Below are positions 54,401 through 64,000 of a stretch of 64,000 nt of DNA, one piece after another. The stretch's first letter is position 1, and every line of letters starts with the position of its first letter. Origin of the DNA: Phaeosaccion multiseriatum (taxonomy: Eukaryota; Protista; Ochrophyta, other classes); contig OZ218964.1 of assembly GCA_965112735.1 (NCBI GenBank), positions 186,001-250,000 of the forward strand, given 5' to 3'. The position numbers were made by a program, and so were the translations under genes. The notes under the pieces are model-generated. The model did not search any database. It saw only the letters and a list, made by a program, of their open reading frames with translations, and was not told the origin of the DNA.

Positions 54401-57400
54401 ATGTGGCGGGTCCGCTGAAAGCGGGGGCCGTACTGGAAGCCGGCGTCTGCGAAAGACTTGTAGAGCTCACTCGATACGTCCTGCTCGCCAACTCTAGCTC
54501 GAATGGATTCCACGTGCAGCGAAGCACGCGCCGTGCTTCGCTCCAAGACAGACACGTGCTTCATTCTCGCCGTGGTGCCCTTGTCGCCCGTGGCACCTCC
54601 GAAGAACTGCATGCTTGCATCTGCCGTGTGAAGGGCACTCATCCCGGCACAGACCATTGGATGGCGGCTTTGCGCATGGTCCGTGCCGGCCTGTTGGAAA
54701 CCCTCAATCTCCAGTGGAACCACAAAGCTGGCTCCTCGCAGGACTACCTCCTGCTCCACCCCGAGCTGTCTTCCTCCTAGAGCAACGACGACGCCCACTT
54801 CAATGTACGTCACCCCCGGAATGATCACCACATTGTTGACGGCATGGTCCTTGAGAAGGTCCTTGAGGTGAGGGGAGAAGGGGCTGGCGAGCCGCATTCC
54901 GTCCCCCTCTTGGACCACCTCGCCACTGGGCATAAACGCCAGCGGAGGCCTGAACCAGCGGAACGCTTGGCGTGTGGGGTACAGATCGCCACGCTCACAC
55001 TCGTCGTCCTTCGGAAGAGCGTCGATGAGGCTAACACCCTCTCCGTCGGCATGCGTGGCCGTACTCCCAGCTCTGGGACCGGATAGCACGGCGTGAGCAT
55101 TGGTTCCGCCGGCACCGAAAGAGCTCACGGCAGCAACGAGCGGTCCTGTCCACCCGCCTCGACCCACTGGCTCCATGGTCACAGGCAACGTGACAGGGAC
55201 GCCGGCGAGCTCCAGCTCGGGATTGATGTTCTTCAAATGCAGGTTCGGAGGCGCGGCGCGGTGCTGCAGCACCAGTACGGTCTTGATGAGGCCTGCAATA
55301 CCTGCGGCACCCTCCAGATGGCCGATGTTGGCCTTCAGCGCACCTACCACCAAGGCATTTCCCTCGCTGCGGTCCGGGCCACAGTACACCGCCTTGAGGG
55401 CGCTTATCTCGATGGGGTCACCCAGCGCCGTTCCCGTGCCGTGCGCCTCCACGAAGCTAACATCTGCGGGGTCTCTTTCCGCTTCTGCCAGCGCGGCAGA
55501 CAGGAGCTGCTGCTGAGCAAGAGGACTGGGTGCCGTCAGACGAGCGCTGGCCCCATTGTGGTTGACCGCACAGCCCTCGATCACCGCTAGCACAGTGTTC
55601 CCGCTGGCCACAGCATCATCCAGGTGCTTCAGCACAATGGCACCACATCCTTCGCCTCTGACATACCCATTTGCCGATGCGTCAAACGTCTTGCAGCGCC
55701 TGTCGTAAGGCAGAGAAAGGTAAGTGAGGTGTGAGTGGGGTGTCACGGAAGGTCTGGTTTAACTGTAGAGAAGACGCCCAAGAATGAGCTGCATGAGCAG
55801 TAATAGGATAAATGAATCAGAGCACACACACCGGAGCGGCCGGTGCAACTTACCAGTCGGGGGAGAGGAAGGTTCCCGCAATCAAGGACTGAAAGGTGCT
55901 CTTCCCGAGCAGCAGGTTCACGCCACCGACCACCGCCGAGTCGCACTTGCCCAGGCGGAGGTTGCTGCAAGCAGCGTCCAGAGCCACCAGAGACGACGAG
56001 CATGCTGTCTGCAGCAACGTGCTGGGGCCACAGAGACCCAGAGTGTAGGATACGCGATTCGCAATGTTCGAAGCCGTCATGCCCATTCCGCCGTAGGCGC
56101 TCTGGGCGGTATCTCCTGCCACGAAGCCCCAGTCCGTGTCCGACAAGCCCACAAACACGCCGGTGTTGCTGCCCCGCAGGCTGCTCTTGCTGTGGCCCGC
56201 GCGATGGAGGGCCTCGAAGGCCACCTCCAGCATGAGGCGCTGATTGGGGTCCATTGCCTGTGCCTCGGCAGCACTGATGCCAAAGAAGGCATTGTCGAAC
56301 ATCTCAACGCCCTCGATGAACCCTCCCTGTAGCTGCACCTCGCCCTTCTTACTCTCCCACCTGTCGTGTGGCGCTGCCGTAATGCAGTCTCTGCCCTCGC
56401 ACATCAGTGACCAGAACTGCTCCGGGCTGTTGGCTCCACCGGGGAGGCGACACGCCATACTCACGACAGCGATGGGGGCTCGAGAGTCCGAGGAAAAGTG
56501 CTGTCTTATCAGCACCTCTTCACGCTCTGTATCACGCGGCATCTCAAGAATCTGGGCCTCGAGCCACGCGGCCATTGCAGACACCGATGGATACGAGAAG
56601 AAGGCGCCATTCGACACGGGGACACCACACCAGGCCTCAATTCGACTGCGAAACTCCACAGACGCCATCGAATCGAGTCCGGCTTCCATCAAGGGCATCG
56701 TTGCTGCCAAGGTGAAGTCCTCGCCAACGCACTGGACTGCTGTGTCCGTCAGGACCTGTTCGATCCTCTCCCGCCGTGCTGACTCCGGCAAGTGCAGGAG
56801 CTCCTCCCGTACCTCGGCATTGACGCTGTAGCCCTTTGACGCATCACCACTTCCTCTGCGGTCCGTCAATTGCCCGAGGAAATCGCTGTGCACAGGGTCC
56901 AAGCTCGCTCGAAATTTGCCCCACCTCATGGCCGGCATGATGGCCACCTCCTGCACGTTGGCTTGCACGTGACTTGCAAGGATGGCACCCAGTGCCTTCA
57001 TACCCAGCGCCGATGAGATCAGGCCCACTCCAGCCATCTCCGCAGCTTTGGACACCATTTCAAGCCGCACCGCCGTGCCTACGTCGCCCCATGGGCCCCA
57101 GTGAACGTTGGAAGCAGGAAGGCCAAGCTGGTGTCGGCGGTACCGCATCAGCCCATCCAAAGCAGCGTTGGCCCCGGCATTGGCGCTCTGATTGGACAAG
57201 CCGAGCAAAGCGGACGTCGACGAATACGAGGCGAAGAAGTCGACCTCCTCCCTGCCGCTCGCCGCCCACTCAAGGCACAGCGCGTGGAGATTCCAACCTC
57301 CCTGGATCTTGGCGGCAAAGACATTTCGCACGTTCTCTTCCGTCTCGACCGACAACATCCCCCTTGCGCCAATTACCCCCGCTGCGTGAATCACACCCCG

Positions 57401-60400
57401 AACATGAGGCAGCCCCACCAAGGCCGTTGCTACAGCATCTCGAAGCTGGCTCATGTTGGAAACATCGCAGGCCACGGCCACAGCGGTGACATTCTCCATG
57501 CTCTGCAGGGCCTGCCACAGCTCTGAAACTTCCTCCGCCGCCCGGCCGCTTCGAGATAGGAGGAGCAGGTGTCTAGCGCCTTGGGACACCAAGTGATTCG
57601 CCGTCACCAGACCCAGCCCCCCCAGACCACCGCTGATCAGGTAGGTCCCATCCTCCCTGCACGCGAAACGATCGACTCCTGCCGATGTCAGATGGAGTGT
57701 GCTGGGCACCAGCCTCGGAGCGAGGATCTCACACCCTCGAACCAGCAGGTCCACGCCTCGTCCTCCGTCCTGAGCTTCTGCAGCCAGCGTCACAGCCTGG
57801 GAGACAGTTTGGTCTTCCCTCTCCTCTACTCCGGGTTGAGCATCCTCAGACTGTGGAGACATGGCACACTCAAGGTCCACGTGGTTCACGGCGAGGTCGC
57901 CCCGCTCCAGGCGTATGCTTCGCACCAGCCCAGCTGCCCAGCTGTCCTGCCAACTAGCACCGCTGTAGACACCCGTTGTCACCACGGTGATCGGCATCAC
58001 TGCCTCGTCCCCGTCTAAACTCTGTACTGTTTGCACAAAGTGGATTGCCCCATCGGTAGCAGAGCACGTCCCTGACGCCAAGTAGAAGAGATGGGCCCCA
58101 TGTGGCTGCGCGTCCGAGCCGACCGCCTCCACCATGTGCACCTCTACACCACTTGCTGTCGCCGCGCTTCGGATACCTTCCAAGGCTCTATGGTTGCTCG
58201 ATGCGTGGTGGCCTTCGGCTGCCTTGGGAATCACGACGAGCCACGGAAGGCTGCTGGTCAGCGAAGCCCGCTGCGAAGCCGTGGGCACCTCCACCGTCTC
58301 CCACTCAACAACATATAGTGGGCCCTGCTCCGCTTCACTCCGCGTCTGAGGCGCTGCTGTGGCTCGCGCTGTGTACCAAGGAAAGGCTTTGCGCGTTGGG
58401 AACAGGATGTGCTCCTTGCCCTTACTCTTTTGCTGCTGCACTGTGCACAGAGCCGCTCCAAACGAATCCTCAGAGCTCTTCTCGCGCGTGACAGAAGATA
58501 CCCACACCAGCCCCTCGCGACGCTCGCACTTGGCTCCCATATTGCTCAGCACAAGGTTGGGGCCCACCTCAATGATGCTCAGGTCAGCCCCCCTCCCGTC
58601 TCCCATCCAGTGCTCCACCAGCGTGTGGATGCCTTCTGCGAACAGCACTGGCGACAGCATGTGTTGCACCCAATACGTCGCCTGCGTCACCTCCTCCTCT
58701 CTCGCCACCTCACCCGTCACGTTGGACACCAACGGGATGCGTGGGGCGTTGAATGACACCTGCCTCAGAACCTCCTCCAGAGTACGCACAGCGGGCTCCA
58801 TCAGAGGAGAGTGGAAAGCGTGCGACACCTCCAGAGCCTTACAGCCCACCCCATCTGCCGCGAGCTTCTCCACCACCTTGTCCACAGCGCTGCGAGCTCC
58901 AGACATCACGCTCGCCCTCGGTCCATTCGACGACGCCAGCACCACCTCCCCTGCCCCCCCCGCAGCGTCGATGCTTGCCAAAGTCGCCTCCTTGCCTGCC
59001 CTCACTGCGAACATCACCCCCTCCCCCTCGGGGCAGGCCTGCATGGCGGCTCCTCTCTTGGCGGACAGCATCAGCCCATCCTCCAGCGACATGACGCCGG
59101 CCACGCACGCCGCCACTACCTCGCCCAGGCTGTGGCCCATCACCATGGACGGCTCCACGCCCTCCGACTTCCACAGCTCGCACAGGGCGTACTCCAGCAC
59201 AAATAGGCACGGCTGGCAGTAGCGTGTCTCCTTCAGCAGCGCTGCTTGTGCAGTCTTCTCCTCCTCCTCCTCCCCGTCCTCAGCGGCGGTTGGGTACATG
59301 AGCTCCACCACAGACTTGTCTAGCCAGGCCCGCTCCATGAGCAGCCTGCTGCACCGCCGCACGCACTCGCGGAACACGCCCTCCTTCTCGTACAGCTCCC
59401 TGCCCATGCCCACATACTGCGAACCCTGCCCTGTGAACAAGAACGCCACTGGCGTTTGGGCTTGATAAACATGAACAGCTGGTGCCAAATCGCCCCGCTT
59501 CTCCCCATAGCTCCTCAGCAGCACGTGTGCGTTTGCTCCTCCCGCCCCGAACGAGCTCACCCCCACCAACACGTCTCCCTCGTCCTCCAGCTGCACCATC
59601 GCTGAGGGGAGCTGCACGGGGAAGCCGTCCATGTCCAGCTCTGGGTTGATGCTCTCGAGGTGGAGGTTGGCGGGCACAGCGCGGTGCTGCAGCATCAAGA
59701 CGGCCTTGATGATACCGGCAATACCCGCCGCACCCTCCAGATGGCCAATGTTGGTCTTGACCGCACCTACTACGAGCGGGAAAGAATCTTCACGGTTCTT
59801 TCCATACGTGGCCCTGAGAGCGCTCATCTCAATGGGGTCGCCGAGCGAGGTTCCCGTGCCGTGCGACTCCACGATGCGTACCTCGGAGCCCTCTCGACCG
59901 GCCTCACGCAGCGTCGTCTCGATGAGTCTCTGCTGGGCGGCGGGGCTCGGGGCAGTGAGGCGGGCACTGGCTCCGTTGTGGTTCACGGCACAGCCCTCAA
60001 TCACAGCGAGGACCGTGTCTCCGACAGCGAGGGCGCCATCTAGACGTTTCAGCACAACGGCACCGAATCCTTCACCACGCACGTATCCGTTTGCCGACGC
60101 GTCGAACGTCTTGCAGCGCCTGAGAAGGGCATGGGAATTGTGGGATGGGGTGAGGTAAGTTGACTTGGTAAGGCACTCAAGTCGTTCTCACTGTGCGATT
60201 TGCCAGAGAGGCGATGGCCAAAGGGAGAAGAGGGGTGAACACAAACAGGAATGGAAGCACTCCACACATAAGCGCACGTACCAGTCGGGCGATAAGAAAC
60301 CACTTCCCTTCAGCCTTTCGAAGCTCTGCGTGCCCAGCAACAGATTCACTCCGCCCACCACGGCTGCGTCGCACTTGCCCATGCGTAAGCTGCTGCAAGC

Positions 60401-63400
60401 GCTGTCCAGGGCCACCAGAGAGGACGAGCACGCCGTGTCAGTGGTCATGGACGGGCCCTGCAGTCCGAGCGTGTACGACAGACGATTGGACACGCTTGCC
60501 CCGGCTGCGCCCATGGTGCTATACGCGCCTGTCGAGGATGACCCTTCCCCGAGTGCTCCCCAGTCACTGCCGCTCATGCCCACGAACACTCCGGTCTGAC
60601 TGCCTCTCAGGCTTTGCTTGGTACAGCCCGCAGTCACAAGCGCATCCAGTCCCACCTCCAGCATCACCCGTTGGTGTGGGTCCATTGCAGAAGCCTCAGC
60701 ACTGGATATGCCGAACACAGATGTATCGAACATTTCCACGCCGTCGATGAAGCTTCCTTGCCACTGCTGCTCATCCTCCTCCTTGCTCGCCCAGCGGTCG
60801 AGCGGAGCTGGCTGGACACAGTCCTTGCCATTGCTAAGCATGGCCCAAAACTCCTCTGGGCTGTTCGAACCACCTGGCAAGCGGCACGCCATGCCCACAA
60901 TAGCCAGGGGGGCAGTCATGCTACCTCCAGCCGGTTCAGCATTCCTGTCCTCATCTTCACCCTCCTCAGCCCCCAAGACCAAGCCCTCGAGCCACTCTGT
61001 CAGCGCTGCCACTGAGGGGTAACTGAAGAGCACGTCGTTGGGGACCGGCACGCCGAAACGAGCTTGAAGTCGACTCCGAAGCTCCACCGTAGACATGGAG
61101 TCCAGCCCAGCCTCCATCAAAGGCCTCAAAGCGTCGAGCTCGATGCCTGCTTCCCCAATGCATGCTTTTGCCATCTCCATGATTAAAGCCTGCAGCATGG
61201 GCTTTCGCTCACCCTCCGACAGCTCCAGTAGGTCGCGCTTAACCTCGGTAGTCACACTGTTGCTAGCCTTGTTCTGCGGTCCCACCATCGAAGCCTCTCT
61301 AACGAGAGCATCGAGCATCCCCGGGTTGCTAGCCGTCTCAGAGAAGGCGGGCCAGTCCATGCCAGGCAGAACCAAGAGCTCGCGTGATGCCGCAGATGGG
61401 GCTGACACGCCGGCATCAAGCGCCGCCATACCCAATGCCTTACTGATGAGCCCAACGCCGGCCATCTCCAGACTGGCCATGGCAGCTTCGGACCGAGCGG
61501 CCATGCCAGCTTCGGCCCACGGCCCCCACTGGAGGGCCACAGAGCTGGAGTAACCGAGGCGTCGACGATGCTGCATCAACCCGTCCACAGCAGCGTTGGC
61601 TGCAGCATAGTTGGCCTGGCCTGCATTGCCTAACACACCTGCCATGGATGTGTAGGACACAAAGAAGTCCAAGGGCCAGGCCAGCTGCAGCGACAGCTCG
61701 TGCAGATTCCAAGCGCCCTCCACCTTCGGCTTGAAGACCTCTTCGATACTCTCGGGCGTCTGGTCCACCAGCAAGCGATCGTCGAGCACGCCGGCAGCAT
61801 GGATGACACCTCGCACGGGCGGCATGCTGCTGAGCGCCGTGCCTAGGGCCTTCCCAAGCGACTGTGCGCTAGACACGTCGCACGATACAGCCCTGGTGCT
61901 CACCCCGCCGGGCACGTTGAGAAGCTCCTCCCACAGCGCCTGGGAGTCCGCCTTGACCTTTCCCCTCGCGAGAGCAGTACAAGATGACGAGCTCCTTTAT
62001 CAGCCAAATGCTTCGCAGTCGCCAGCCCAAGCGCCCCCAGCCCACCGCTGATAACGTAAGTCCCGTCTCGCACGACGGGAATGCCACACTCAGGGCTACT
62101 GAGCACAACCTTCCCAATGTGCTTCGCAGTTCTGAGGAAGTTCATTGTCTCCGCAAGCTCATCCCTTAAGTCGAATGTCTTCACTGGTAGCGCCTCGGCC
62201 CTGCCCGCCTCACTGTCCGCTGTCAGCTGCTCCAGCCCAGCGAACGCCCAGCCCTGCTTCTTGGCCTTGAAGTCGTCTGCTATCATGGAGTCCAGCGCAA
62301 TCCGGTCGTACAGCACGTCGGGCCTGGCAGCCTTCATCGCCTCCCTGGTCCACACGCCTCGCTTGCCGATCTCCATGAAGCGCCCATTCTTCGTCAGCAG
62401 CTCCAGAGAGTAAGGGATGAAGTTGTCCGACAGGCAGTTCAGCACCACATCCACCTTCGCAGCTCCCATGGAAGCCTTGAAGGCCTCCGCATCTCGCGAC
62501 GACGCAATGTGCTTCACGCCCAGACCTCGCAAGTAGGCGTGCTTCTCCTCGGATCCAGCAGTGGCGTAGATCTCCGCTCCGATGCGCTGAGCAATCTGCA
62601 CAGCCACCAGACCCACTCCACCTGACGCGGCATGGATGAGCACCTTCTCACCACGCTTCAAGCCAGCGAGTTGCTCAAAGGCGTGCACCACTGTGAGCCA
62701 CGCGATAGGCAGCGCTGCCATGTCATCGAAGGTCCTGTTCGAAGGCATGTTGGCCAGGCACACGTCACTTGTCGTTACGTGGGAGCGGAAGCAGCCCTTG
62801 TCCGGAAACCCGTAGACCTTGTCTCCCACTTGAAAGCGCGACTTTCGCGATGCTCGAGTGACCACTCCCGATAGCTCGATGCCAGGCAGTCCAGGGTCGC
62901 CAGGGTACAGGTCGAGCACATTCAGCACGTCTCTGAAGTTGAGCCCCACCGCCTTGACACAAATTTCAATCTCCCTGTCCTGCAAGGCAGTGTCTCTCTC
63001 GGAAGGGAGTACGTCCCTGCGCTTCAAGCCTCCCTCGATGCTTCCCCTCGCTATGAGATCGAAGGAGAAGGGAAGGCGGACTACCGAGGAGCGAGTCAGC
63101 TGAGGCGTCTCGCACTCTCCTCCTTGCACACGCACGTCCTGATTCTGGAGGGGAAGACACAGCACCAAGCTCATGTCCTCCACATCCGCTTCCACGACCA
63201 TGATCTGCATCTGTGGCCGCTCGATACGAACGGAGCGAATTATGCCAAAGACCAGCATGTGTGCCCACCCCTCGCCCCCCCCGCTCAGCGTGTCGTGTAG
63301 TAGCACCATCAAGGGGACTGGTCTCTTGGCCAGCTGCTGCGTTACCGTCAGCAGCTTCTGTGCTTCCTGCTGAGCGGCGCTGGCTGATGACCTTGCCGTC

Positions 63401-64000
63401 TGTCCCTCCTCTCTTTCACCGCCGAGCACGTATAGCACTCGCGACCACTCGCCCCTCTCCAATGCCCTCACCACATCCTGGTCATAGACAGACTCCTGCA
63501 CACGCAGCGTCACGTGCTCGGGCATGGACTGCTCAATCCGCTTCACCAACGCTGCAGCTGCACTTACTCTATCTACCAAAGCCAGCCACGTCTCCTTCTC
63601 CACACCATTCTTCCCCGTGGTGGTTGCCAGAGCCAGCGCCTCGTCTGGCTGCCACTCCAGATAGTATAAGGCTCGACGAAGAGGGTTCAGGTGCGTGAAG
63701 CCCTTGGCCCTCTGCAGCTTGACGCCCTTCATGGTCACGAGCACGTACTGGCTGTCAAAGTCGGCAATGACAATGTCAAAGTTGACGCTGTCGCGCTTGT
63801 CGCTGATCTCGGTGAGCACGGTATGCACCCACACCTTGTTCCCTCTGATGGCGCCCTTCGCAACCACGTCATTGCATCCAGCTGGCAAGAATGTACCACC
63901 CTTGGTCAGCTCAGAAGGCAGAAGCGCAAGCATGGTGTGTGCGGCACTGTCCAGCACGGCGGGGTGGAGGTAGAATCCACGCACCTCCCACTCAGAGCAC
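47128..64000 (-). CDS. Giant modular type I polyketide synthase, 5' partial; exons 64000-60282 (apparent 1-nt frameshift at ~61962-61965), 60119-55854, 55699-47872, 47769-47128
   Basis: ORFs 61900-63984, 60188-61915, 55850-60082 and 47128-55746 link through one frameshift and two phase-2 GT-AG introns (SPD-TG|G-RCKTFDASANG). Canonical KS, AT, DH, ER, KR, ACP and terminal reductase motifs are present. Confidence 0.95.
47770..47871 (-). other. In-frame, stop-free intron (102 nt) in the reductase domain
   Basis: AAG|GTACGA...pyrimidine tract...TGAAG|TGG. Removing it restores the conserved YxQSKWVAE. Confidence 0.75.
48600..51090 (-). other. Pls/NRPS-terminal-like membrane domain: three repeats of [transmembrane hairpin + hexapeptide left-handed beta-helix]
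   Basis: Hydrophobic helix pairs followed by KWVVIGRYRAGSYP..YFRW and KWGVVGRARAGCY. Three copies of WLR(A/S)(L/M)GA(K/R/E)(I/V). Hexapeptide repeats ITVGADCVLGASSQV, VKLGACTVTAAGS and VQVGRRVTVGAGSIV. Terminal WGGSPA and LEGVPA. Confidence 0.75.
51280..56480 (-). other. PKS module n: KS, DH, pseudo-KR, ER, KR (B-type), ACP; no AT
   Basis: QTACSSS, AHGTGT and NIGHLE (KS); LKDHAVNNVVIIPG and HPAVLDNATH (DH); VRAVGLNFRDVL and LIHAASGGVG (ER); HAAGVLDD and GQANYAAAN (KR); AGVDSL (ACP). No GQGxQ or GHSxG motif between KS and DH. Confidence 0.9.
55700..55853 (-). other. Phase-2 intron (154 nt) in the KS of module n
   Basis: GAC TG|GTAAGT...GACAG|G CGC TGC AAG restores SPDWRCKTFDA. Confidence 0.9.
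56550..60915 (-). other. PKS module n-1: KS, AT (malonyl-type), pseudo-KR, KR lacking the catalytic Tyr, ACP; no DH or ER
   Basis: DTACSSS, SHGTGT and NIGHLE (KS triad); FTGQGSQ, GHSLG and HAFH (AT); SGGLGGLG but NQSANAGAN (KR); AGLDSM (ACP). Boundaries approximate. Confidence 0.9.
60120..60281 (-). other. Phase-2 intron (162 nt) in the KS of module n-1
   Basis: GAC TG|GTACGT...TTCTCAG|G CGC TGC AAG restores SPDWRCKTFDA. Confidence 0.9.
60960..64000 (-). other. PKS module n-2 (partial): DH (C-terminal half), pseudo-KR, ER, KR (B-type), ACP
   Basis: HPAVLDSAAH (DH Asp); VKAVGLNFRDVL and LIHAASGGVG (ER); SGGLGALG, HAAGVLDD and GQANYAAAN (KR); AGLDSM (ACP Ser). Boundaries approximate. Confidence 0.9.

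Noticed and set aside
61955-61970. Programmed -1 ribosomal frameshift at GGGAAAG in the PKS
   Set aside because: The G GGA AAG heptamer is not in the zero-frame phase (codons read CGA GGG GAA AGG). A homopolymer indel is the simpler explanation.
47400-63973. Many plus-strand ORFs opposite the PKS
   Set aside because: Antisense shadows of a GC-rich coding strand, with no recognisable motifs.
47128-64000. PKS as bacterial contamination, or as four separate genes
   Set aside because: It has spliceosomal introns at conserved positions, and the ORF breaks fall inside domains and are repaired by splicing or a single-base indel.

Overview
Eukaryotic, GC-rich genomic DNA with many GT-AG introns full of microsatellites. 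The gene content and intron style suggest a stramenopile alga or other protist; this is inference, not proven. Bases 1-46.8 kb hold ordinary multi-exon genes: a GT14 glycosyltransferase (5' end outside the window), a tail-anchored longin protein lacking a clear SNARE motif, a GT8-like glycosyltransferase, a large chromatin protein (Tudor-knot, H15, DDT, WHIM, PWWP, polyQ), an acidic tail-anchored protein, an ankyrin-repeat protein, a UbiE/MenG-family methyltransferase and a very large ARM-repeat gene. Bases 47.1-64 kb (minus strand, running off the right edge) hold the 3' part of a giant, intron-poor modular type I polyketide synthase, about 5,480 aa visible. Its order is ...DH-ER-KR-ACP | KS-AT-KR(catalytic Tyr->Asn)-ACP | KS-DH-ER-KR-ACP (no AT) | [TM pair + left-handed beta-helix]x3 | NAD(P)H thioester reductase. 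The most notable feature is this terminus: a membrane-embedded domain resembling the C-terminus of epsilon-poly-L-lysine synthetase (Pls) sits between the last ACP and a reductive release domain. This suggests a membrane-bound PKS that may both reduce and ligate or polymerise its acyl product. All domain calls come from motif recognition by eye; no database searches were run.
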